A DNA stretch of 64,000 nucleotides from the NCBI GenBank assembly GCA_977017575.1, contig CDRNVI010000030.1, positions 744,001-808,000 of the forward strand, read 5' to 3'. The notes under the pieces were generated by a model. It did not search any database. It saw nothing but the letters and a program-made list of their open reading frames with translations, and was not told where the DNA came from. Shown here one piece after another: positions 52,884 through 62,509 of the stretch; the first letter of the stretch is position 1; every line of letters begins with the position of its first letter. The stretch is from Paramoeba atlantica. Its lineage: Eukaryota > Protista > Discosea. Both the position numbers and the translations under genes were made by a program.

Positions 52884-55829
52884 TTATACATTGTGTATAA
52901 AATCCAAGATGCTCCGTATTTGAGATATGAGACCGTGCCTAGAACCTATTTCCACGTGCGTACCACCTTTGGCAAACCGTGAATTATTTGCGCTCGAACC
53001 AGATAAACGCACGAGCTCCTCATAATAAGAACGTAAAGATTGCAATTCTGCTAAATTTCGGCTGGAAAACTTCTTAGAAAGAAAATCATCTAGACTCATA
53101 GCTATTTCCAACAGCTCGTTGTTACTTTTTTCGTAGTATTCGTACCTTGGTAGTCGAAGGTAATCTTTAATTTTCTCTGGGACAGCTAGCGGAGGTGTTT
53201 CAACTAAAAGATTCTCCTTTGAGTTTGTTGTCGGCGAACCTTCATTTAATTTTTTAGCGTCTTTGGATAATCCTTGGTTCTCATTTTCAATTGTGTTTGA
53301 GGGCTGTGCCTTAACGTTGTAATATTCACGAACTAGACTCTGCCAAAGTGGGGTAAGGACTTCATTCTTCCCATCGCTAAATATACCCATCCGAATAATA
53401 TCCAGAGGACTACGACCTTCGGATTCAGTATATTGACGAACTAATTCCAGTAATTTCTCAGGGTAGGTAGCCTGTGAAAGCTGACTGAACAATGAATTAC
53501 TAGCCCCGTCGGTCTCAAAAAGAGAGTTGAGGAATTTGAAAATCCTACATCGTGTCAGCGAAAGCTCTGTACGACAATAAGGGGTAAGAACCTCTGGCCA
53601 ACTTGAAGAGATCACGGTAACAGGATCAGGCAGAATTTCAATTTCAAGAACTTCACAATCCCAACGCTCCATCTCTGAGGGACACCGTTGCTCACTGCTA
53701 TACCTACCAAGAGAAGTAGACAGGACGACGAAATCCGAAAGATAATGTCCAAATTTCACTCCAATGTCTATTCCAGACGGTTCACTAATGTCAAGCTCAC
53801 GAAGGATGCGCCACTGACGTAAATGTGGCATCCACACGATAAGAAAATTTTTGTCACCGCCAAGAGAACGATAAAAGACAGGAGACTTTCGATGTAGTGA
53901 ATCATGTGGAAGGGGCATGTTGTATAGTGCCTCCAATACAACATGCTTCTGACGTGAGTTCCCTCCAGGAGGAGACTCTATACGTGCAGAAGAGTGAGGA
54001 AAAACGGACTCGGGAAGAAAATCGATAGCAGAAGTGTGAATCCCACGTACGCGAAGACGCCTGTAGTGCGTTCTAACGCAGGGCTGGTCGTATTGAGTAA
54101 GCAACTGAATCAGTTTTTGATTTCGCTCCATCAGATACTCCATGTTTTCAGTCCCTACTTTCTTCAATGAATAGACATTGGAATCTTGCACGGCTCTATC
54201 GTGGGCTACTAACCGTGGATCAAAAAGCAAGCACACAAATGTATTCCAGTCCGACTTGTTCAATTCCAATTTATGGAGTAAATTAATGGGAGTGAAGTTT
54301 ACGAAGGAGCGTTCCACATGGGGTGTGCAGTTCTGATGAAGAAAGAGAGCCCTCGTACGTAATTCGAAATCTCCAACGTATGCTTGAGGAAGTGTCCCGC
54401 TGCGCTTCCAAATGAATACCAGGCGATGAACCGTAGTTCCAAGTCTCCACGCCAGGATGTATAAAGCGAAATTTATGTATAATTCAGGGAAAATATGTGG
54501 AACTTCCAGCTCAGTAGCGCGCATTGAGTATTTCTCGCATTTTTCGGTCGCGTTGAACATGTTTGTACGAATGGCAGCCATGTGTGCCTCGATCCAGCGA
54601 CCTATCGCGCCATAGAATATGAATGTTTCTCGAAATGGCGTGAATTCCGAAACTGAAACTCTGACGTGCAACAACACGGTTAACAATGTGCATGCTGCGA
54701 AATCATCCGGGGCGATTTCTAGATTGGACGCTGGGTTTTGAAGAAAGACTTTCGCGTTGGAGGAGCAAATCAGTGCAATTTCAGGAGTGTCTATGTTTAG
54801 GATACATGGAGAAAGCGCTACTTGTGTAGCAAGCTGCTTGAGCAACGGAAATGCATCTTTCTCTGAAAACGGTTCAAAAGTATGGGTAGGGAGCGCAATG
54901 ATAGGGTAAAGTTCGGCACCTGGTGTAGATTCATTGTGTACAATACTAGGCAATGGGCTCGTCGCATCCATAGAGGAAAACGGGACATCCCAGCTCTGCA
55001 TACCGATAGAGCTATCATGTGGCGCACTATCATCTATTGTACACATTTTTCGTTGCAAGTCAATGTGCTGTACAACTCTTCTCAAGGCGGCGTAGCTCAT
55101 AATTCCGAAAGGGTGTATAATGTGAAAGAAGCATAATAGGGGCGCGCAAGATCCCCCAGAAACTGTGGCAAGTGGACTAACGCCACGCTGGGAGGCGTAT
55201 GAGCAGAATGCTCTAAGAAGATCCGGATATTGAGTCCATGAGCAAGGGACTTGCCCGGCAAGAAATCCTTGGCGTAAAGTAAAGATTGGAAGTGCTGTAC
55301 TTTCGAACTCCTGTTTGTAGCCCGTAGGTAGTCGAAGGTCGCTCGTGCAATGTCCTGGAGTACTGACATGATCAAGCTTTGCAACCTCTGAACCCTTATG
55401 CTCTACATGCCACTCCAAAACGCCGAGTCGAAAGTTGTCAAGAGCTTCGAAAAGCTCTGCGTGATCGATTGATTGTACATTCTCCGTGTCGGCAAACTCA
55501 CTGGCTCCATAGTAGTCCGAGTGGGCGGGCGCCGAATCGTTGTTTTCGTCGAAATCCGTCTCAGTTCCGTATTGCTGGGGTGCGTGTACATCGGAGAAGC
55601 AGCAAGGACAGGAATATAAAACATCATCCGTTCCGGGCACCCATTTCTCATTTTGTTGGCACGAGGCGCAGTGAGTAGGGCGAAATGCCCACCATCGAAG
55701 GTACAGGAGAGGGGAGAGCTGATAGTTTTGTAATGTGCTTCGCTCAAGGAACATTCCTTCCTGGGCTTGTGGTATGTGAATAAGTGTACGGAAGAGCGTC
55801 TGGTGCTCCTCACGTGTCAGTCGATTCAT
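52884..55829 (-). CDS. Hypothetical protein (981 aa)
   Basis: Long ORF co-oriented with the array; Cys-rich N-terminus (HCASC...CPCC); no family recognised. Confidence 0.7.
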   Translation of the reverse strand: MNRLTREEHQTLFRTLIHIPQAQEGMFLERSTLQNYQLSPLLYLRWWAFRPTHCASCQQNEKWVPGTDDVLYSCPCCFSDVHAPQQYGTETDFDENNDSAPAHSDYYGASEFADTENVQSIDHAELFEALDNFRLGVLEWHVEHKGSEVAKLDHVSTPGHCTSDLRLPTGYKQEFESTALPIFTLRQGFLAGQVPCSWTQYPDLLRAFCSYASQRGVSPLATVSGGSCAPLLCFFHIIHPFGIMSYAALRRVVQHIDLQRKMCTIDDSAPHDSSIGMQSWDVPFSSMDATSPLPSIVHNESTPGAELYPIIALPTHTFEPFSEKDAFPLLKQLATQVALSPCILNIDTPEIALICSSNAKVFLQNPASNLEIAPDDFAACTLLTVLLHVRVSVSEFTPFRETFIFYGAIGRWIEAHMAAIRTNMFNATEKCEKYSMRATELEVPHIFPELYINFALYILAWRLGTTVHRLVFIWKRSGTLPQAYVGDFELRTRALFLHQNCTPHVERSFVNFTPINLLHKLELNKSDWNTFVCLLFDPRLVAHDRAVQDSNVYSLKKVGTENMEYLMERNQKLIQLLTQYDQPCVRTHYRRLRVRGIHTSAIDFLPESVFPHSSARIESPPGGNSRQKHVVLEALYNMPLPHDSLHRKSPVFYRSLGGDKNFLIVWMPHLRQWRILRELDISEPSGIDIGVKFGHYLSDFVVLSTSLGRYSSEQRCPSEMERWDCEVLEIEILPDPVTVISSSWPEVLTPYCRTELSLTRCRIFKFLNSLFETDGASNSLFSQLSQATYPEKLLELVRQYTESEGRSPLDIIRMGIFSDGKNEVLTPLWQSLVREYYNVKAQPSNTIENENQGLSKDAKKLNEGSPTTNSKENLLVETPPLAVPEKIKDYLRLPRYEYYEKSNNELLEIAMSLDDFLSKKFSSRNLAELQSLRSYYEELVRLSGSSANNSRFAKGGTHVEIGSRHGLISQIRSILDFIHNV

Positions 55830-56061
55830 AATTTACTGACCTTGGTATCGAAATTGCGCTGGTTTTCCCACTGCGGAACCTAAGAAGTTCATGAAAAAGG
55901 AATATGAAAAACCTGCCTTGCTATCAAACGACAAAAAGTTTCTACCCTAGTTCTGTAGTTTTCGAAAACAAGAACACAAAAATATGTATAAGAACACAAT
56001 ATAAGAACATGACCAAAACGAAATAGGAAATAACTCATCGAAATTCCTACTACAGACCGGG

Positions 56062-57372
56062 CTACGACTCTGGATTAGACCCTGCTTGAAGACGTAGAAG
56101 CGCTAACTTTGACTTAACGACCTGACGAAGTCGTCTGTACCGCTCCCTCCTCGCTCTTCGTCGTTGTAGCCTCGCCTCGTCTACCTTCTTTTTCGGTTTC
56201 TCTTCTCGCTCAATCCCCGCAGACCCCTCTCCGCTTTCCTCCCCTCTTGACAAGTCCGTTGTCTCCCCAAGCGGCAGCACCCCCGCAACCTCACCCCTTT
56301 CCCCCCGTCTCTCCCCCCTACGCACGGGAACCAACACCTCCTCCTCCCCCTCCTCCCCATACTTCCGACTCCACCCCTCCAACCCCAACCTCCCCATCTC
56401 CTCCTGCACCACCCTCCTCACCACCGGAATCGGCACCTCCAAATTCATCGCCGCCACCGGCACCGCACTCCCCACCGCATACCCCGCCCTCACCAACGTC
56501 GCCACATGCCGCTGCACCTCCAGCGCCGCGAACCCCCCGTGCCCCCTCTCCCCCCCCGCCCCCACCCCCCCCTCCACACACACCACACACTCCCCCTTCT
56601 GCTGCGCCACCGCGGTCTCCGCGCGGTGGTAGAACTGCGCCACCTCGGGCGCCCCCCCGACGTGCACCCCCTCATACACCTTCGTCACCTCATGCACCAC
56701 CGCGACCCGTGCCTCCGGGACCACCCCCGCCACCGCCCGCAGACACCCCGCGAGCCGCTCCACCGCCTCGAAGAACACCCCCACCCCCGGGACCCCGACC
56801 AGCGCCCCCCGCAGCGCCCGGGCCCGGGCCCCCTCCCGGGCCGGCAGGTACCCGTGGAAGTGGTACCCGTGGGCCGCGTAGTCCAGCCCGGAGAGCGTGA
56901 GGGCCGCGGTTACGCTGCAGGCCCCGGGGACGACACTGACCCGGAGCCTGGCACGGTGGGCGGCGGCGATCAGCGGGGCGGTGGGGTCCCCGAAGGTGGG
57001 GGTGCCGCTGTTGGGGACGAGCGCCAGGGTGCGGCCCTCACGGAGGAGCCGGAGGAGACGGGAGAGCGCGGGGGGGTGGGCGGGCTGGAGCTGGAGCAGA
57101 CGGCCGTCGTAGGGGATCTCGATCAGGTCGAGCATCACGCGGGTGTGGCTCTTGTTGTGGCAGACAATGTAGTCGACGTTTTTGAGGACGTCGAGGGCGC
57201 GGAGGGTGAAGTCTTTCAGGTTGCCAATGGGGACGGAGACGACTTGGAGGACGCCGGGGTCGAGGGGGGAGGGTTTGCTGAGGGGGTTGACCTCCCCGGG
57301 GATGTACATGCGGAGGATGTGGCGTTTGGGGCGGCGGCTGGGGGTGGAGTGGGCGAGGGAACGGAAGAGCAT
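56062..57372 (-). CDS. rsmI: RsmI-like rRNA 2'-O-methyltransferase (tetrapyrrole methylase fold), probably mitochondrial
   Basis: VVSVPIGNLKDFTLRALDVLKNVDYIVC, GTPTFGDP, VVPGACSVTAALTLSGL, FFEAVERL, EVTKVYE; ATG 57372 MLFRSLAHS. Confidence 0.88.
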   Translation of the reverse strand: MLFRSLAHSTPSRRPKRHILRMYIPGEVNPLSKPSPLDPGVLQVVSVPIGNLKDFTLRALDVLKNVDYIVCHNKSHTRVMLDLIEIPYDGRLLQLQPAHPPALSRLLRLLREGRTLALVPNSGTPTFGDPTAPLIAAAHRARLRVSVVPGACSVTAALTLSGLDYAAHGYHFHGYLPAREGARARALRGALVGVPGVGVFFEAVERLAGCLRAVAGVVPEARVAVVHEVTKVYEGVHVGGAPEVAQFYHRAETAVAQQKGECVVCVEGGVGAGGERGHGGFAALEVQRHVATLVRAGYAVGSAVPVAAMNLEVPIPVVRRVVQEEMGRLGLEGWSRKYGEEGEEEVLVPVRRGERRGERGEVAGVLPLGETTDLSRGEESGEGSAGIEREEKPKKKVDEARLQRRRARRERYRRLRQVVKSKLALLRLQAGSNPES

Positions 57373-57470
57373 GGGGAGAGGGCTGGGAGAGGAGTGGTGG
57401 AGGTCAGGATGGGGGTGAGGTGTGCGTAGATGTAGGCATGAAAGAGAGAGAGAGAGGTGAGACAAGAAAA
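56200..57470. other. GC-rich island with strand-skew inversion, centre ~56880
   Basis: Extreme C-runs at 56250-56830 and G-runs at 56950-57440; boundaries approximate. Confidence 0.85.
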
Positions 57471-57545
57471 ATGTGCTACGTGCGCATAGAGAATAGAGGA
57501 AGTGAAACATCGAGTTGTAGCAAAAGAAAAAGAAGAATAAAAAGA
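57436..57545 (-). promoter_or_regulatory. Polypyrimidine tracts upstream of rsmI (putative trans-splicing signal)
   Basis: Minus strand reads ...ttcttctttttcttttgc... and ...tcttgtctcacctctctctctctttc... shortly before the ATG; the interpretation relies on kinetoplastid trans-splicing. Confidence 0.5.
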
Positions 57546-57596
57546 TGCCCCGAAAGCAAGTCAATGGATAGTCAAAGCACCAGAAGTGAAAAAGGT

Positions 57597-60272
57597 CTAC
57601 TGGTTTTGTAGGTCTTCTTTCAGAGATTCGTCAGATTTGACATTTCGCGCCTCGCCCACTACGTTTTGAGGAATAAGGGAGAAGAATGTATCGTTCAGAG
57701 CGGCTCCGGTCACAAGGTAATTACCCAGCACTATCCAACCATGTTGCTGCAACCAACAGCACCAGCGGCTACAGGACCAAGTTCCCGGTGAAGAAGTCTC
57801 TGTGACCCTGGTGATAATGGGCATCAACCGATGAACTGCGGCCTCGTATGCTTCCCTTGTACGAGTTTCTAAAAGAAAGTGCTTTGGATCATCCCCAACA
57901 AAACTGTCGAAAATCAGCGGTTTATTAAGTCCCACGAGGAAATGAAACAGAGTGTGTAGAGAAGCTAGCGGCAAAAAAGATGCAGTTCGTATTGCAACAA
58001 TGAAATCAACAGAACTCAAGCGGTGAAAAGTCTCCGAAGACCCGGTACTCTCTTGGTGGTTGCACATTTCAAGTAAATCCGAAATTCCTACTTCTATGAC
58101 TTCGGTGCAAGAAGTTGACTCCCAATGCGTACTACTGTGTGCTTCAACTTGTTTCTGGTATGCTAGAAGCAATCGTTCTACCTCACTTCGGACCGGGTAG
58201 AACATTTCTGAACCTTCCTCCAATTTAGTGTACACGTCTTGCCCCACAGCAGTAAAATTATAGTTAGGTTCACTACCACGTATTAACAAAATTCGAGCTT
58301 TCGTCGCAGTAGCAGGTACTGAGGTTTCTTGCATCGCCGTCTCTTTCTTTATCTCACTTTGAATGAGATTGCACGCAGATGCCAAAACTTGTGTAGTAGA
58401 CTTACAACCATTCAACAAATCTGTTCTGGGAGCTGCTCTAAAGCACAGCGACCGCTCCCGAAAAAAGTTTTGTGGAGATGGATTTTTCTCATCATATGAA
58501 ACTTCAGAATCCTCGGTTTGGTAGTCATACCCATCCTTTAATAACCAATTGTCGCTTTTTACTCGACTTAATTTACTGGCTTGTTCGATTCGCATTTGCC
58601 GCACGCGGCGACGTTCCTGCTCCTCAGGTGGCATATCCTTGAAGTACCTTGTTCCACCAAATTCATAGTCCTTAATCTTCACGTTGAGCTTTCGGAGCGA
58701 CATAGCTGTTTTCGGCATGTTAAGCTCCACTGCGCACGCACGAAACAGATGAACGGCAAGTGCCCCAAAGAAAGACGTCCGTTGCGCCTTTGTTACTTCG
58801 TCTTCAACAAGAATCGCTTTCATCATACCGACCGCCACATCGCACAGGTCAAAGAATGCTTTGTTTGTCTTGCCTTTATTATCCCACGTGAAATCAAGTC
58901 GATCGGGGTTACGTAAACACATTCTTTTCCAGTCCGACGCCACGCTAGTTAAGAATCCATCACGTGAATCCGTCCATAAAGCCATAAGCTCGTCAGGGAG
59001 CTTAAACTGCTCAATGTTGGCTAGAACATCGGGACTCTCTTCAGTAAAAGATGTCTCAGAGAATCCGCTCGTGACATCCTTGCGCGACCCCTCTAACAAT
59101 TCTTTTTGGCTTTGCACGTCTTCTGAGGGACGTGGAGCAAGGTGAGGCGTGTTTCTACACCACGACGGACGATTAACATTCAAAAACTCGTCGAAAAGTG
59201 CGTACAAAGCTAAAGACTCCGGAGAAACATGTATCCTCGCCCAACCAAGCAAAAGAGTTCCAGGCGTCAATGGATCCGCCACCACCTCTTCCGACTTGTT
59301 TAAATTTGTTCCATTCTCCGTGGGCGTTAGCTCCACGTGGACCTTGCCCTTGTGCGCCTCCAATCTTCTTGCGTAGTTCTCCAGGCACGTGGGACCGCCC
59401 AAATTCGCACGGTAATAAAACACACAAGAGAGACGATGCCAGGAGGACACCAAGGACGGCGGTACCTCGAGCTCCGTATTGCAATGAAAAAAATGAGTAT
59501 TAAAAAGCATCATGTCCCGCGGTCTCAAATCCACGCAAACTTTAAAGTCGGGAAACCCGAGGCAGAGTCCGCCGTACTCCCCGCGCACCACCGAAATCAT
59601 ACCGAGCCCTGCATCAAAGTCCCCCGCGTCGGTGTGCCGAGCAGTGCGAAACCGCTCATTAATAGTTAATGTGCTAAACACTGTGCCGCGAATCCGCACG
59701 AGATCCGGTATGGCTCGATTCTGTGCCTCCCAGTGTGTCGGACACGCCTGCTGGTAAATTCGGTTCGCATACTCCACCAATGGAAACACGGTAGGCCACT
59801 CCTTGACATTTTCATCCGTAAAGGCCGTTTTGCGACATTTGTACTCAATAGGGCTACCAAAGTAGTCATAATATCCCGCAATTCCGCTAAGGGGGGATTC
59901 TCCACCATACATCCCGGCACGTAGGGAGGAGCGGGAAGCGGCGGGCGAGAGAATGCGATCTGCAGCGAGCGCGACATATTCGGGATACGCCTCTCGTATC
60001 ACAACACATACGACCTTGCCATTACCATCAAGCAGAGCACAATCGTGCCGGATAATGACAGAGTAGTGGTCTCGATCCACGAAAGGACAGCGTGATACTG
60101 CCTCCTCATAGGTGTATTTCGTACAGCAGCTCTGTGCTCTACCCCTTTCACCGTCTTTTTCATCAGGCACATTTGATAATTTTTTACCACGTATCTTCTT
60201 GCTTGGAGGACAGAACAGATGCGAAGCAGAATCCTTGCCTAGCAATCTTGGTTTGTCAACGGCCGTATTCAT
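57597..60272 (-). CDS. JBP1: J-binding protein 1 (thymidine hydroxylase of base J synthesis)
   Basis: SGIAGYYDY, CRKTAFT, TINERFRTARHTDAGDF (HxD), HFFHCNT, RLSCVFYYR; J-binding domain LNVKIKDYEFGGTRYFKDMPPEEQERRR. Confidence 0.95.
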   Translation of the reverse strand: MNTAVDKPRLLGKDSASHLFCPPSKKIRGKKLSNVPDEKDGERGRAQSCCTKYTYEEAVSRCPFVDRDHYSVIIRHDCALLDGNGKVVCVVIREAYPEYVALAADRILSPAASRSSLRAGMYGGESPLSGIAGYYDYFGSPIEYKCRKTAFTDENVKEWPTVFPLVEYANRIYQQACPTHWEAQNRAIPDLVRIRGTVFSTLTINERFRTARHTDAGDFDAGLGMISVVRGEYGGLCLGFPDFKVCVDLRPRDMMLFNTHFFHCNTELEVPPSLVSSWHRLSCVFYYRANLGGPTCLENYARRLEAHKGKVHVELTPTENGTNLNKSEEVVADPLTPGTLLLGWARIHVSPESLALYALFDEFLNVNRPSWCRNTPHLAPRPSEDVQSQKELLEGSRKDVTSGFSETSFTEESPDVLANIEQFKLPDELMALWTDSRDGFLTSVASDWKRMCLRNPDRLDFTWDNKGKTNKAFFDLCDVAVGMMKAILVEDEVTKAQRTSFFGALAVHLFRACAVELNMPKTAMSLRKLNVKIKDYEFGGTRYFKDMPPEEQERRRVRQMRIEQASKLSRVKSDNWLLKDGYDYQTEDSEVSYDEKNPSPQNFFRERSLCFRAAPRTDLLNGCKSTTQVLASACNLIQSEIKKETAMQETSVPATATKARILLIRGSEPNYNFTAVGQDVYTKLEEGSEMFYPVRSEVERLLLAYQKQVEAHSSTHWESTSCTEVIEVGISDLLEMCNHQESTGSSETFHRLSSVDFIVAIRTASFLPLASLHTLFHFLVGLNKPLIFDSFVGDDPKHFLLETRTREAYEAAVHRLMPIITRVTETSSPGTWSCSRWCCWLQQHGWIVLGNYLVTGAALNDTFFSLIPQNVVGEARNVKSDESLKEDLQNQ

Positions 60273-60635
60273 ATTGGATTAATCGCGTTGATCACGCTCC
60301 TTGCAGTTTTAAAACAATTTAGTAAAATAAAAAAGAAACTGAGCGCATGTAAAGTGAAAGCGAAAACGCCTTGCTGAGCAAGCAATGGGCTACATACGTC
60401 GAGAATTAATGAAACGTAGGACACAAGGATGTTTGTGGATCCTTTAGCAACGTTAAAAAATCAGGTCCCCCAAGAACGACCCGATCAAAATACCTCAAAA
60501 TACCGAACCGAGCTTATTACAGAGTAAATACAGAACTCAATGTGCTAAGATAATACAAGTCATTTTTTGAGTTTCCTTTGGGCCGAAAATAGACTGCATT
60601 GAAATTGCTGATTTGCTTCACTCACAAGTTTGGAA

Positions 60636-61640
60636 TTACGTATCAAAAGTATGCCAAAGATCGGCGTCCAAGGGCGTCCACCACTGCTCCTTAGAAAAGC
60701 GTGTTGATTCATTAGATTTCATTTCTCTGCACAACTCTTCAGGAGGTGAACCCTCGTATGCGTACCATACATTGGAGGCCGTATCCCACCTTGTAATCCT
60801 TCCTGGGAGGTCCTTTACCTGTAAAAATTGCATAGGCGGATCGTATACACAAATCCTTTTCAACGTTTCTGAAACTTGCGGTTTGTCGACATATACCATA
60901 AGTTGGTTCTCAAAAAGCGAAAGAAAATAAATCTTCGATAGGTGCGAAATGTCAACATCTCCTTTAAACTGATTCCTTGCAAGGGCTAACTGTCGCATAT
61001 TCTTAGGCAAGTGCGAGAAATTTAGCACCCCTGTAAAAGAGTTGTTGTGCAAAGACAAAGTTTCTAACTCTTGCGGAAGGAATCCCAAGTCAAGCTCCCC
61101 ATTTAGTCTGTTGTGGTCCAAAAAAAGCTGCGATAGAGTAGGGGGAAGTGATCCAAAAAAGATAGTACCTGAAAAATCGTTTCCATCTAGCAACAAATCT
61201 TTCATCATAGGAGGCAGCGTAGTCAAGTCAAGCTTTCCGGCGCACTGATTGAATCTGACCCAAAAATGCTTCATTGCACGTGGAAGCTCGCCTAAGATAA
61301 TTTCCCCACTTAATAGATTGTAATCTAGATAAGCTCGCTCGAGTTTTTCAGCGGCAAGTCCGATACTTATGGGCCCGGTCAGGAAATTATGTTCTAACCG
61401 GATCTTTTGCACCGTGTTAGGAAGAAACTCAAAAAACATTTGTCCCTTTATACCCCGATGCCTCCAATTGAGTTCAAAAACGTTACTGTTATGGTCCAGG
61501 CGAACACCCATCCAATGTGCAGCAGAATTTTCTATTTTCCAAGAAATATCTGGGTTGGAGACATTCGCAATAAGACGAGCAAGGTGATATTCCGGAGCAA
61601 GAATCGATTTATGTACTTTGGATGCTCGAACAGTAGACAT
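60636..61640 (-). CDS. LRR family protein 9
   Basis: ASKVHKSILAPEY, cap lacking Cys (AAHWMGVRL), 23-aa LRRs. Confidence 0.9.
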   Translation of the reverse strand: MSTVRASKVHKSILAPEYHLARLIANVSNPDISWKIENSAAHWMGVRLDHNSNVFELNWRHRGIKGQMFFEFLPNTVQKIRLEHNFLTGPISIGLAAEKLERAYLDYNLLSGEIILGELPRAMKHFWVRFNQCAGKLDLTTLPPMMKDLLLDGNDFSGTIFFGSLPPTLSQLFLDHNRLNGELDLGFLPQELETLSLHNNSFTGVLNFSHLPKNMRQLALARNQFKGDVDISHLSKIYFLSLFENQLMVYVDKPQVSETLKRICVYDPPMQFLQVKDLPGRITRWDTASNVWYAYEGSPPEELCREMKSNESTRFSKEQWWTPLDADLWHTFDT

Positions 61641-61754
61641 TTAACTGGTTAATAGTGAAAAAAAGGTACTTTAACTTCTTTGCATGATAGTGAAAAAAAC
61701 CGATCGGTGCTTTAACATACAGTGAGAACAAGTATACGGCGATGTTCAGCGACA

Positions 61755-61876
61755 TGTACCCACTACAGGTCTTGTATTTTGCTCTATTTCGGAATGTACA
61801 TTTGTGTAAATGTAAATTTATTTTGCATGCTACCGTTGTTCGGCCTAATCGTTCCGAATCCGCCGTCCTTTTCACT
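61755..61876 (+). mobile_element. Degraded solo TIR of the 2826-3532 Tc1-like family
   Basis: CTACAGGTCTTGTATTTTG....ATTTCGGAA and ATCG..CGAATCCGC.GTC.TTTTCACT match 2858-2948. Confidence 0.6.
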
Positions 61877-62509
61877 CAAAAACCTGTGTCAATGGTACAA
61901 CGTGATACATTCAAGTGTTTAGAGTGTATAAAACATTAGAACATTCTGACATAGCTACAATAATAATTTTTGTAATAATAATAATTATTATTCAAAAAAT
62001 CAAATTATTAATATTATTAATAATTCAATATGCATTTACACGAGGGGCTGCGAGTGACACATGAGGAGCCCCTCGCACGTAGACATATGGTCGGCGTCAT
62101 TTGCAGCAGTATGATGGCAGCACCAGGGAAGACAACGAGAAAAGCTCATTTTCGTTGCGACACATCATACAAATACAGAGTTTGGTATTTCCCGGCCCTC
62201 GATATCAGCACTCCACAAGGGGTTGTTGTTGGTACAGCACATTTACCTGCGTCAGGCGTAGGCTCCTACTTCCCGCGTAGGTTGAGGTGCATATAGTGAT
62301 GCTCGAAGCATTAGCATCGACTCCATAAGGAGATCCCCATCAATGCTCCTTTTCGGCATGAAAATATTGTTTGATACAAAATTAAGGGCGAGAAATTTGA
62401 GTGTAAAAGCCCAATAATAATTTATTAATAATTTATTAATAATAATTATTATTACCGAACTGAATTATTAATAATCCTGCAGCTATGCATTCTGATCCTT
62501 ACGAAATGA

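Noticed and set aside
61965-62480. AT-rich TAATAA blocks flanking a 370-bp core, resembling TIRs
   Set aside because: Low-complexity similarity only; no defined termini or TSD
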